DNA of 32,000 bases, from positions 390,001 through 422,000 of the forward strand of contig NC_010628.1 of NCBI RefSeq assembly GCF_000020025.1. Direction: 5' to 3'. The DNA is from Nostoc punctiforme PCC 73102. Its GTDB lineage: Bacteria; Cyanobacteriota; Cyanobacteriia; Cyanobacteriales; Nostocaceae. The number at the start of each line of letters is the position of its first letter. The stretch's first letter is position 1. Position numbers and translations under genes: made by a program. The notes below the pieces were generated by a model. The model was not told where the DNA came from and ran no database searches. It was given only the letters and a program-made list of their open reading frames with translations. This document shows positions 16,288 through 25,368 of this stretch, piece after piece.

Positions 16288-17801
16288 ATGAAAAGAAGCT
16301 CTTTTCTAGCCCCACCCTATCCTAGAGCCAGTGGCTTACTGCTTTATATAACTTCCTTGCCTAGTCCTTTTGGCATTGGAGATTTAGGTTTTCAAGCTTA
16401 TAGATTTATTGATTTCCTAAGTCATTCCAAGCAGACACTGTGGCAGATTCTTCCTTTAGGACCTACTGGTTATGGTAATTCTCCCTATATGGTCTACTCA
16501 GCTATGGCAGTTAATCCTCTTTTAATTAGTTTAGAAAAGCTTCAAGAAGAAGGTCTTCTTAAGGAGGAAGATTTAGCTAAACTACCTAAATTTTCAATTC
16601 ATAAGGTTAATTACGAACAGGTTATAAAAAACAAATTTCCATTACTACGACAGGCTTGGAAGAACTTTCAGCTAAATAAATCTCGACAACATGCATTAGT
16701 AGAGTTTGCCAAAAATAGGAAAGTTGGCTGGAAGATTATGCCTTATTTATGGCTCTTAAAAAGACTCACGATAACTTACCTTGGTATTGCTGGGAAGCAG
16801 ATATTGCTGGGCGACAACCTCAAGCTTTAAAACACTATCAAAAGCATTTGCAAGATGAAATTGCTTTTAATAAATTTTTACAGTTTTTGTTTTGGCAGCA
16901 GTGGTCAGAGTTGCGAGGCTATGCTGCTCGGCGGGGTGTCCAAATTATTGGAGATATCCCATTCTATGTAGCTCATGACAGTGCAGATGTTTGGGCTGAA
17001 CCAGAAAATTTTCAATTGAATCCTAAAACTGGAGAACTGACTTTCATCGCTGGAGCACCTCCAGATTTCTTTTCCTCAACGGGACAAATTTGGGGAAACC
17101 CGTTATATAACTGGAATTACTTGCAATCCAACAATTTTCGATGGTGGATACAGCGTTTTAATAACTTACTAGCTTATGTAGACTTAATCCGTATCGATCA
17201 CTTCCGAGGTTTTGAGGCTTATTGGCAAGTTCCTCAAGGAGAAACTACAGCAATAAATGGAGAATGTATAAAAGCACCAGGAGACTCCCTTTTTAACATA
17301 CTTTTGAAAGAACTAGGTTATTTACCTGTCATAGCAGAAGATATTGGAACTACTACTTCAGAAGTTGATCAACTGCGAAATAAATTTAACTTCCCTGGTT
17401 TAAAAGTGTTACAGTTTGCTTTTGATACCAATTCAGATAATGTTAACCTTCCGTTTAACTATACTCAAAATTGTGTTGTTTATACTGGTAATCACGACAA
17501 CGACACTATTATAGGCTGGTTTGAGAAGCTCTGCGAAAATCAGCAAAAAGCTGTAATCAACTATTTAGGAGATTTTAGTAGTCAAGGCATTCATTGGGAT
17601 TTCAACCGTATGGCTATGAGTTCTGTGGCTAATCAAGCTATTATTCCTGTCCAAGACTTGTTTGGTTTAGGAAGTGAAGCCCGTATGAATATACCTGGTC
17701 AATCTAGCGGAAACTGGGTGTGGCGTTATGAGTTAAATGCTTTAACCGATTCTTTAGGGGACTACTTAAAAGCTCTTACTCAAACGTATGGACGTATTTA
17801 A
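16288..17801 (+). pseudogene. malQ: 4-alpha-glucanotransferase (amylomaltase, GH77) split by a 1-nt frameshift
   Basis: The two track ORFs (16288..16830 and 16749..17801) together make one MalQ. Motifs are RASGLLLYITSLPSPFGIGDLG, LPLGPTGYGNSPY, then in the other frame WLEDYALFMALKKTH, IIGDIPFYVAHDSADVW, IRIDHFRGF, IAEDIGT and YTGNHDNDT. The frame switch lies between 16719 and 16724. Confidence 0.8.
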
Positions 17802-17864
17802 GGTATTGAACCGAGATACGCGGCGTGAAAGTTAGGGACTTCCAAGAAATAAATTATCCAAATA

Positions 17865-17896
17865 AACGAACCACAGACACACAGAGAACATAGAGG
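17865..17896. repeat. Degenerate copy of a dispersed AACG..GCAGAG-type repeat
   Basis: AAACGAACCACAGACACACAGAGAACATAGAGG resembles the repeats at 24212-24236 and 28351-28394. Confidence 0.35.
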
Positions 17897-18291
17897 AATA
17901 AGCAGGAGAGAGTTTTTTCGCCAGTTTTTTGAGTATTTTTTATTTGAAAGTCCCTTATGTGTAGACGCAGTAGGTATTTTACAGAAAAGCCATCTCCTTT
18001 TGTGGTTCCTTCCTTGCAGTTTTTGCATAAAAAGGTTGTAGACCCTGATGCGATCAGGGTAGTGCTGCACAAAACGCATTATTCAAAAATCCAAAGCACT
18101 TAATCAGTGCTGGCAAACGCCATGAAGCGGTCGTATTTGACCTACTGATGGAACAAAGAGCGGTAAAACCATAGGAGTTGGTAGGAGTTGGTCGCCCATG
18201 CCTCCGTCCTGGGCGAGTTATCGGTGATAAGAAGCGTTAAACTTCATTGCAAATTAAGAAGTTAGTCCAAACAACATGATAATTTTTTCTC

Positions 18292-18543
18292 ATGAAGAGA
18301 AATAGCACAGGATTAACACAGGAGAACACAGTGGCAATGGAATCAAATTTATTAACAGATGCGGGCGCAGATGAAGTGAATCAAGATTTCAGTGAATATG
18401 TTGCCAACCTGCAACTTCACATGACTCTGCAAGCTCGCAATCTTGTTCCATCCCTGAAACAAACACTGGTAGATAGTCGTCAGCAATTACTCCATCAAAC
18501 CCAAGCCCACTTTGAAAAGCTAGTTTCTCGACAAGGGCTGTAA
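18292..18543 (+). CDS. Hypothetical small protein
   Basis: 83-aa ORF with no recognisable motif. An alternative start at ATG 18337 has AGGAG 12 nt upstream. Confidence 0.4.
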   Translation: MKRNSTGLTQENTVAMESNLLTDAGADEVNQDFSEYVANLQLHMTLQARNLVPSLKQTLVDSRQQLLHQTQAHFEKLVSRQGL

Positions 18544-18764
18544 ATATATACAAATTTTAATCAAAATTCAAATAAAATAAAGGCAGATGTTGTTAGGTTA
18601 ACGCCAATGGTGTTCTCACAAGGTCTGCTTTTCTGCTTTTTTAAGTATTAAATTACTCAAATCACACTTTTGACGCACTAGTAAAGGGCAGAAAGCAGTT
18701 AATATTATTGCAGCAGTTCCTTTGAAGAGCAGTTAGTTAAGGCTAAATAGCGGCTCGAATAAAA

Positions 18765-20003
18765 ATGACTTCATTACTTCCCAGAAACCTCAGCGTTGTT
18801 ATCCGACCAGTCCAATACCGGGATCTGGACGGAATTGAGCGCATAACTCAAGAGTCATTCGCAGCCCTTACTCCCCAGGGAGCAGGTTTTGCCATCAGCC
18901 AGATGCTCATGCTACGTCGCTGGTATGGATTACTCAAGTTTTTGAGTTGGTTTCCTAACCCACTCCAGTATCGGCTCTGTGCTTATGTGGCAGAGCAAGG
19001 GCGGATGCTTCTAGGAATGATTCAAGTGTCACCCTTTAACCGGACACGCAGCACTTGGCGCATCGATCAAGTGCTGTTAGAGCGTGGTGTCGATAAACAA
19101 GGAATTGGTTCGCAACTTTTGCGTCATTGCTTTGAATCGATTTTGGAAGCTCGCACTTGGCTACTGGAAGTTAACATCAATGACATAGAGGCGCTGGCAC
19201 TATATCGCCAAAATGGATTCCAGCGTCTGGCAGAAATGACGTATTGGGAAATTGGGCCAGAATTACTGGCTGAATTGGCACAAGCAGAGCCAGATTTACC
19301 CAACCTTTTGCCAGTGAGTAATGCTGATGCCCAGCTGCTATATCAACTAGATACGGCATCTATGCCACCTTTGGTACGTCAAGTTTTTGACCGCAATACC
19401 CGCGACTTCAAAACCAGTTTATTCGGCGCTCTGACTGATGCAGTGAAGCAATGGCTGACGAAAACAGAAATAGTCAGTGGTTATGTATTTGAACCCCAAC
19501 GCAAAGCTGCGATCGGGTATTTTCAGGTGCAACTTGACCGGAAGGGTGAAGTTCCCCACGTGGCAACGTTGACGGTTCATCCTGCTTACACCTGGCTGTA
19601 TCCAGAATTGTTATCTCAACTGGCTCGGATTGCCCAAGATTTTCCTCAGCAGGGGTTACAACTAGCCTCCTCTGATTATCAGGCAGAGCGAGAAGAATAT
19701 TTGGAGCGAATTGGGGCAAAACGCATAGAACATACATTAGTTATGTCTCGCTCTGTGTGGCATAAGCTACGAGAGTCTAAATTCGTCTCCTTAGAAGGAA
19801 TTCAGTGGACTGATATGCTGCAAGGTTTACAACCAGCACGTAAACCCATACCAGGTGGAATGTCATGGATACAACCAGGAAAGCTGCCATCGTCAGATAA
19901 ACCACTGCCAATTAAGTCAGAACCAATTAACTTTTCGGTAAAAAACCCAAGCATAGAAGCATCGCCGATTCCTGAATCAGCAGATGCAGAGCAGGAGAAT
20001 TAG
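18765..20003 (+). CDS. GNAT family N-acetyltransferase, long two-lobed form
   Basis: 412-aa ORF. The N-terminal half has a GNAT core (IDQVLLERGVDKQGIGSQLLRHCFE...ALALYRQNGFQRL). Its stop codon overlaps the ruvX start by 1 nt. Confidence 0.8.
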   Translation: MTSLLPRNLSVVIRPVQYRDLDGIERITQESFAALTPQGAGFAISQMLMLRRWYGLLKFLSWFPNPLQYRLCAYVAEQGRMLLGMIQVSPFNRTRSTWRIDQVLLERGVDKQGIGSQLLRHCFESILEARTWLLEVNINDIEALALYRQNGFQRLAEMTYWEIGPELLAELAQAEPDLPNLLPVSNADAQLLYQLDTASMPPLVRQVFDRNTRDFKTSLFGALTDAVKQWLTKTEIVSGYVFEPQRKAAIGYFQVQLDRKGEVPHVATLTVHPAYTWLYPELLSQLARIAQDFPQQGLQLASSDYQAEREEYLERIGAKRIEHTLVMSRSVWHKLRESKFVSLEGIQWTDMLQGLQPARKPIPGGMSWIQPGKLPSSDKPLPIKSEPINFSVKNPSIEASPIPESADAEQEN

Positions 20004-20479
20004 TGATATCCCAGGAGCAGCCAAAACCCTTTATTTCAGCCTTGGGACTAGATTTTGGTCGCAAGCGGATTGGTGTGGCTGGGTGCGATCGCACGGGTTT
20101 AATTGCCACTGGGATCACCACAATTGAGCGCACATCTTTTGAGCAGGATGTCGAGCAAATCCGGCAAATAGTTAATGAACGCGAGGTGCAAATCCTAGTT
20201 ATGGGCTTACCTTATTCAATGGATGGCTCTATAGGATTTCAAGCGCGTCAAGTTCAAAAATTTACTACAAGACTTAGTAAAGCCTTGAAACTGCCTGTGG
20301 AATATGTGGATGAGCGATTAACTTCATTTCAAGCAGAGCAACTGCTAATTGCTGAAAACCGCTCTCCATCACGCCATAAAGGTTTAATTGACCGCAAGGC
20401 AGCCGCTTTGATTTTGCAACAATGGCTGGATGTTAAGCGTGCTAGTTCCCGCAGTTCAGTTGCGGTTATTGAATATTGA
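20003..20479 (+). CDS. ruvX: YqgF/RuvX-type putative Holliday junction resolvase / pre-16S rRNA nuclease
   Basis: 158-aa ORF with a GTG start, containing ALGLDFGRKRIGVAGCD, ILVMGLPYSMDGS and VEYVDERLTSFQAE. Confidence 0.9.
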   Translation: MISQEQPKPFISALGLDFGRKRIGVAGCDRTGLIATGITTIERTSFEQDVEQIRQIVNEREVQILVMGLPYSMDGSIGFQARQVQKFTTRLSKALKLPVEYVDERLTSFQAEQLLIAENRSPSRHKGLIDRKAAALILQQWLDVKRASSRSSVAVIEY

Positions 20480-20621
20480 TACCTTTTAACATGATATTCT
20501 GAAAAACGATTAGCTAGCAGTTGTATCTACGTGTAAAGCTATTTTGTTGACACAAGATATCATTAAATAGTTAAGCGATTTCTCAACTTGCTGGTATTTA
20601 TTAAATTTTTACATTTCGGCT

Positions 20622-21194
20622 ATGTTTTCTCCTCCATTTCCTGAAGAAAATGATAACGCTCATGCGGGTTCCATCACTTTAACCGATGAAAAAGGGCGAT
20701 CGCTCGAATGTTATGTAGAGCATTCCCTTGAGGTCGATGGACAAGAATATGTTTTACTTCTTCCTGTAGACTCACCTGTAGAGATTTTTTCTTGGGAAGG
20801 CGACGACGAGGAAGAAGAAGCGGTTCTGGTAGAAGACGACAACATCATTGAGCAAATTTTTGCCACTGCCCAAGCTGTACTATCTGAGCAGAATCTGATA
20901 TTGAAGAACACAGCTTATGCTTTGACAGTTGCAGGTGATTTACCGCCAGTTGAAGAATCAGAACTCTTCACCTTAGAAATTGAAGACGAAGAGGCAGATT
21001 TAGATCCAGAGCAATTACAGCTACTTGCTAGCTTCTATGACGAAGATCAGGAGTATGCAATTTATACACCTCTCGATCCCCTGTTGTTTTTTGCACGGAT
21101 AACAAAAACAGGTGAACCGGAATTACTCTCTCCAGAGGAGTTTCGCAAAGTGCAACCCCTGTTAGAGGAACATCTTTTTAATGAAGTAGAATAA
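20622..21194 (+). CDS. Acidic DUF1292/DUF3727-type protein
   Basis: 190-aa ORF containing ITLTDEKGRSLECYVEHSLEVDGQEYVLLLPVDSPVEIF followed by acidic tracts. This matches my memory of the cyanobacterial/plastid DUF3727 family with an N-terminal DUF1292-like part. Confidence 0.7.
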   Translation: MFSPPFPEENDNAHAGSITLTDEKGRSLECYVEHSLEVDGQEYVLLLPVDSPVEIFSWEGDDEEEEAVLVEDDNIIEQIFATAQAVLSEQNLILKNTAYALTVAGDLPPVEESELFTLEIEDEEADLDPEQLQLLASFYDEDQEYAIYTPLDPLLFFARITKTGEPELLSPEEFRKVQPLLEEHLFNEVE

Positions 21195-21240
21195 AAATAA
21201 AAATTCAAAATGTTACATTTTCATTTTGAATTTTTATTTT
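21194..21240 (+). terminator. Perfect 19-bp AT-rich hairpin overlapping the final base of the stop codon
   Basis: AAAATAAAAATTCAAAATG (21194-21212) pairs with CATTTTGAATTTTTATTTT (21222-21240) around a 9-nt loop. Confidence 0.6.
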
Positions 21241-21400
21241 AATCGAAATCTACCTAAACCTTTTACCATATCCCATTAAATCTGGAAGCAATGAAACATT
21301 GACACAAAATTGGGGTAATTTGTGTTGTTTAAGATTCTGAAAAAAGCATTTTGGCAAGGATTTTTAATCTAAAATAAAAAATTACCATGAGGTGCTGAAA

Positions 21401-22027
21401 ATGGCTTATAGCGACTTTACATTAAGTAAATTTAAAAAGTCATTCAGCATCCGCATTGATGAAGAAACTGATTTATGTGCCGACATAGAACCTTTACAGG
21501 CAAGTGATAAACTCAAAAACTCTTTAGAAGAAACTACAGAACTGGCTTTAGCAATTAATACTGAAAAAGCTCGTTCAGAAATGATTATCACTCCGATATT
21601 GTTGGAGGTAAGACGCAGGGGTAATTACCCAATTAGTTTATTTTCGGGAACAGATTTTAATGTAGATGTAGAAAACGGTCTGAATGGATACTGTGACTTT
21701 ATCATCAGTCGTTCTAGAGAGCAACTAACAATTAATGTGCCTGTAGTGGTTATTATTGAAGCCAAAAATGAAAATATTAAAGGTGAATTAGGTCAATGTG
21801 CAGCCGCAATGTTGGCAGCACAATTGTTTAATCAACAAGAAGGAAATGAAATCAGAAAAATTTACGGCGCAGTAACTACAGGGGATATTTGGAAGTTTTT
21901 GAAGTTAGAAGAAAACGATATATTTATTGATTTGAGTAATTATTACATCAAAGAGATAGATAAGATATTAGGGATTTTATCTCAAAATGTTCAGGGAGAT
22001 ATTCCAGAATGCAGTTCGACTAACTAA
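21401..22027 (+). CDS. Hypothetical protein with a PD-(D/E)xK nuclease-like core (resembles the N-terminal domain of type I restriction R subunits)
   Basis: The ATG at 21401 has GAGG 8 nt upstream; the track start is GTG 21392. Motif: GYCDFIISRS...(about 15 aa)...VVIIEAKNENIKGELGQCAAAM, that is D...E-x-K followed by Q. Confidence 0.55.
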   Translation: MAYSDFTLSKFKKSFSIRIDEETDLCADIEPLQASDKLKNSLEETTELALAINTEKARSEMIITPILLEVRRRGNYPISLFSGTDFNVDVENGLNGYCDFIISRSREQLTINVPVVVIIEAKNENIKGELGQCAAAMLAAQLFNQQEGNEIRKIYGAVTTGDIWKFLKLEENDIFIDLSNYYIKEIDKILGILSQNVQGDIPECSSTN

Positions 22028-22074
22028 ACTATATTGGGTTATGCTCATTTGTCTGAGCTATTTAAATTTGACTG

Positions 22075-22620
22075 GTGACTATGGCCTGGAACAACCTTTT
22101 GCAACCTGACTTAATTTTAGAAGGTTCAGTGTTGAATCTAACACCAGATATTATCCAAAAATACGGGCTGAAAGGGCTGGTGTTGGATGTAGACGAAACC
22201 TTAGTACCCTTTACAGTAGGGATGGCTTCGCCAGAACTACGAGAATGGGTGGAGCAAATTCGCACCTGTACTGCATTGTGTTTGGTAAGTAATAACCTGA
22301 GTGAAGCACGAATTGGGGGAATTGCGCGATCGCTCAATTTACCTTACTATTTGGGTGCAGCCAAGCCCTCTCGACGCAAAATTAGGGCAGCAGTCAGAAC
22401 AATGGATCTACCAGTGCATCTAGTGGGGATGGTAGGCGATCGCTTATTTACTGATGTCATAGCAGGTAATCGCCTGGGGATGTTTACCATTCTAGTTGAG
22501 CCGATTGTCCATGCAGACGCAGCCCTCCGCTCTCATCCCGTCCGCAATTTTGAAGTTTGGATCTCTGAAATCTTAGGAGCCTCTATTACCCCCAAGAAAA
22601 GCAAGATTCATAAAAGTTAA
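22075..22620 (+). CDS. YqeG-family HAD-IIIA phosphatase
   Basis: 181-aa ORF with LVLDVDETLVP (DxD), LVSNN and GDRLFTDVIAGNRLGMFTILVEP. Confidence 0.85.
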   Translation: MTMAWNNLLQPDLILEGSVLNLTPDIIQKYGLKGLVLDVDETLVPFTVGMASPELREWVEQIRTCTALCLVSNNLSEARIGGIARSLNLPYYLGAAKPSRRKIRAAVRTMDLPVHLVGMVGDRLFTDVIAGNRLGMFTILVEPIVHADAALRSHPVRNFEVWISEILGASITPKKSKIHKS

Positions 22621-22805
22621 GAAATCGTCAGGAAAGTAAATCTAAAGAAATGGTTAAGGAATCTTACTGGAAGCCAAAAATCGGGGATCATAAGTATTAA
22701 TAACATGGGGTCAGCAAAAAAAGACCCTAACTCATACTAAGTAAATATACACCTGTAAAGCGTCAGCCTTCACTATAGAGGGATTGGCGCTTTACAATTT
22801 CTTTA

Positions 22806-22917
22806 GTCATTTGTCATTTGTCCGTTGTCATTCGTCCGTTGTCATTCAATGACCAATGACTAATGACCAATGACCAATGACCAATGACTAATGACTAATG
22901 ACTAATGACTAATGACT
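22806..22917. repeat. STRR2-type heptamer arrays in inverted orientation: 6 units of GTCATTT-type, then 10 units of AATGACC/AATGACT
   Basis: Left array 22806-22847: GTCATTT x2, GTCCGTT, GTCATTC, GTCCGTT, GTCATTC. Right array 22848-22917: AATGACC, AATGACT, AATGACC x3, AATGACT x5. TGACCAA is the reverse complement of TTGGTCA. The proB ATG (22912) lies in the last unit. Confidence 0.9.
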
Positions 22918-24015
22918 AAAACAATTGTTGTCAAAATCGGTACTTCTAGCCTAACTCAAGCAGAAACGGGACAATTAGCACTTTCCACTATCGCTACCTT
23001 GGCGGAAACACTTTGCCATTTGAGAAGCCAGGGACACCGGGTAATTTTGGTTTCTTCTGGCGCTGTGGGTGTGGGTTGTGCAAGGTTGGGGTTAACTGAA
23101 CGTCCTAGAGCGATCGCACTCAAACAAGCTGTAGCAGCAGTCGGACAAGGTAGGTTAATCCGTATATATGATGATTTGTTTACTACGCTGCAACAGGCGA
23201 TCGCTCAAGTATTACTGACACGAAGCGATCTAGTACAGCGCAGCCGCTATCTCAATGCCTACAACACCTTTCAGGAATTACTGGGACTGGGAGTGATCCC
23301 CATAGTCAATGAAAATGATACCGTAGCAATAGACGAACTAAAATTTGGTGATAATGATACCCTTTCGGCATTAGTTGCTAGCTTAATAGAAGCAGATTGG
23401 CTATTTTTGCTCACCGATGTCGATAGGTTGTACTCAGCCGATCCACGTTCTGTCCCAGATGCTCGACCGATCGCTCTAGTTAGTAGCATTAAAGAATTAG
23501 CTGAATTACAAATAGGTTCCCAAGGTTCTCAGTGGGGTACTGGTGGGATGGTGACAAAAATTTCGGCTGCGAGGATTGCGATCGCGGCGGGAGTTCGTAC
23601 CGTAATTACCCAAGGGCGATTTCCCCAGAATATAGAAAAAATTATCCAAGGTGAACTGATTGGGACGCATTTTGAACCGCAACCTGAACCAACTTCGGCG
23701 CGTAAACGTTGGATAGCTTACGGACTTTTACCTGCGGGTAAATTGTATTTAGATGAAGGTGCGATCGCGGCAATTTCTCTAGCAGGAAAATCGTTATTAG
23801 CTGCTGGAATTAAGTTAGTAGAAGGAGAGTTTGACACACAGGATGCAGTGCAATTGTGTGACAGTAATGGTAACGAAATTGCCAGAGGACTTGTGAATTA
23901 CAACAGCAATGATCTGCAAAAGATTCGTGGTTGTCATTCACGAGAAATTTCCACAATTTTAGGTTATGCCGGTGCAGAAACAGTTATTCACCGAGATAAT
24001 TTGGTTTTGATTTAG
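22912..24015 (+). CDS. proB: Glutamate 5-kinase with a C-terminal PUA domain
   Basis: 367-aa ORF with [34 protein letters not shown] and [15 protein letters not shown], plus a PUA part GKLYLDEGA...[12 protein letters not shown]. Confidence 0.95.
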   Translation: MTKTIVVKIGTSSLTQAETGQLALSTIATLAETLCHLRSQGHRVILVSSGAVGVGCARLGLTERPRAIALKQAVAAVGQGRLIRIYDDLFTTLQQAIAQVLLTRSDLVQRSRYLNAYNTFQELLGLGVIPIVNENDTVAIDELKFGDNDTLSALVASLIEADWLFLLTDVDRLYSADPRSVPDARPIALVSSIKELAELQIGSQGSQWGTGGMVTKISAARIAIAAGVRTVITQGRFPQNIEKIIQGELIGTHFEPQPEPTSARKRWIAYGLLPAGKLYLDEGAIAAISLAGKSLLAAGIKLVEGEFDTQDAVQLCDSNGNEIARGLVNYNSNDLQKIRGCHSREISTILGYAGAETVIHRDNLVLI

Positions 24016-24211
24016 GATGGAAATAAGATAAATTTCGTAAGTACTAAATGCGAGAGTGAAAAATATTATGATTCAAACGTTAGAAAATACCTTGGCTTTT
24101 GTTATCTTCGCCTTTGGAAACGATTAGAGAATTTCGCCAAGCTATTCAATAAGTGTAGACTGACATTATTCACCCTCGTTGACTACGTTCAGAATAACAA
24201 AATTATTTTGT

Positions 24212-24236
24212 TTAACGAACCGCAAAGGACGCAAAG
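24212..24236. repeat. Copy of the dispersed TTAAACG..GGACGCAAAG repeat
   Basis: TTAACGAACCGCAAAGGACGCAAAG shares GGACGCAAAG and the TTAA(A)CG start with 28351-28372. Confidence 0.4.
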
Positions 24237-24297
24237 TCTAGAAAGAGAAGATTTCACAACTGTAGCTGGATTAAATATTTTACAGAAAAAATCAAAT

Positions 24298-25257
24298 TCA
24301 CATAGAAGCGATCGCCACACCCCCCCACAAAGGCGCATCATCACCCAGCACCGCCGGCACAATTTCAAAATCAACCTCCGGTAAAGCCGTCTCCCGCGCC
24401 ACCTGACGCACCACCCGCCAAAAATCCTCCCCCGCTTTTGTCACACCGCCTCCCAACACAAAGCGCTGCGGATTCATCAAATTCGCCACATTGCCAATAC
24501 CCACACCCAGCGCCCAAGCAGCCTTGTGCAAAACTTCCTTCGCCAAATCATCCCCAGCCGCCGCCGCTTCACTTACCAACTGTCCCGTCAACAACGTTAA
24601 ATCATCCCCCGCCAAACCCCTCAATATTTCTCCATCTCTGAATCCTCCGCGCCTCTGCGGTTCGTTCTCCAAAATTTCCCTAACATTTTGCGCCATATAA
24701 GGCCCCGAAGCCAAACGTTCTACACATCCCCGCTTCCCACACAAACATACTGGCCCAGACGGATCTACAACGATATGTCCAATTTCGCCAGCCATCCCAC
24801 CAGCGCCCCGCCAAGGCTGGCCATTGAGTATCCAACCACCACCTACACCAGTGCTGACAGTTATATAAAATAGGCTATCGTATCCCTGTCCAGCACCAAA
24901 GCGGTGTTCACCCAAAGCAGCAACATTGGCATCATTATCTACACCAACAGAAACACCGAACTCCTCCTCCAACAACCCTTTGAGAGGAATATTTTCCCAT
25001 CCAGCCACATGATGAGATAGCCGCACCGTTCCTGTGGAAGCATCAACCGGGCCGCCAAAGCTGACACCGATCGCAGCAGGTTTTGCGTCTTCTAGCAGCG
25101 AGTAAATGAGCGATCGCATAATTTCCAAGTCAGTGCTAGCATTTGCGCCTACTGGTGATAGACGACGTTCATAACGCAACCACTTTCTAGAACCAACATT
25201 TACCAATGCTGCCGCCAGCTTAGTACCACCAAAATCGAGAGCTAAAATTAATGTCAT
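24298..25257 (-). CDS. ROK family sugar kinase (glucokinase-like)
   Basis: 319-aa ORF with LALDFGGTKLAAA, VDNDANVAALGE, STGVGGG and the zinc motif GHIVVDPSGPVCLCGKRGCVE. Confidence 0.88.
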   Translation of the reverse strand: MTLILALDFGGTKLAAALVNVGSRKWLRYERRLSPVGANASTDLEIMRSLIYSLLEDAKPAAIGVSFGGPVDASTGTVRLSHHVAGWENIPLKGLLEEEFGVSVGVDNDANVAALGEHRFGAGQGYDSLFYITVSTGVGGGWILNGQPWRGAGGMAGEIGHIVVDPSGPVCLCGKRGCVERLASGPYMAQNVREILENEPQRRGGFRDGEILRGLAGDDLTLLTGQLVSEAAAAGDDLAKEVLHKAAWALGVGIGNVANLMNPQRFVLGGGVTKAGEDFWRVVRQVARETALPEVDFEIVPAVLGDDAPLWGGVAIASM

Positions 25258-25368
25258 TCACTCACCTTTTCTTATACCATCGCACAACGTAGTTTCTTTC
25301 TGAAGAAAGATGTTTGCACTCAAGATACATTTAACACTAGAAAAAACTACACTATTATTTAGCAACTC

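Noticed and set aside
16711-16724. Programmed -1 ribosomal frameshift in malQ
   Set aside because: There is no canonical slippery heptamer (X XXY YYZ) at the required position and no obvious downstream pseudoknot. A single A deletion in a short A-run explains the data more simply.
17798-18079. Minus-strand ORFs 17798..18079 and 17854..18072
   Set aside because: The two ORFs overlap, span a dispersed-repeat copy and hairpins, and have no motifs or Shine-Dalgarno.
18170-18220. ZTP-like or other riboswitch upstream of the 83-aa ORF
   Set aside because: Only a vague resemblance (CCGTCCTGGGCG) to one sub-motif was seen. I could not find the remaining conserved elements from memory, and the downstream gene is not a purine or folate gene.
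22806-22917. CRISPR array
   Set aside because: The units are contiguous 7-nt repeats with no spacers, and no cas genes are present. This is STRR-type microsatellite-like DNA. The same applies to the arrays at 3699, 15323 and 31817.
24438-24873. Plus-strand ORFs 24438..24641, 24491..24700 and 24688..24873
   Set aside because: These are proline/serine-rich phantom ORFs on the strand opposite the GC-rich ROK gene, which has unmistakable ROK motifs.
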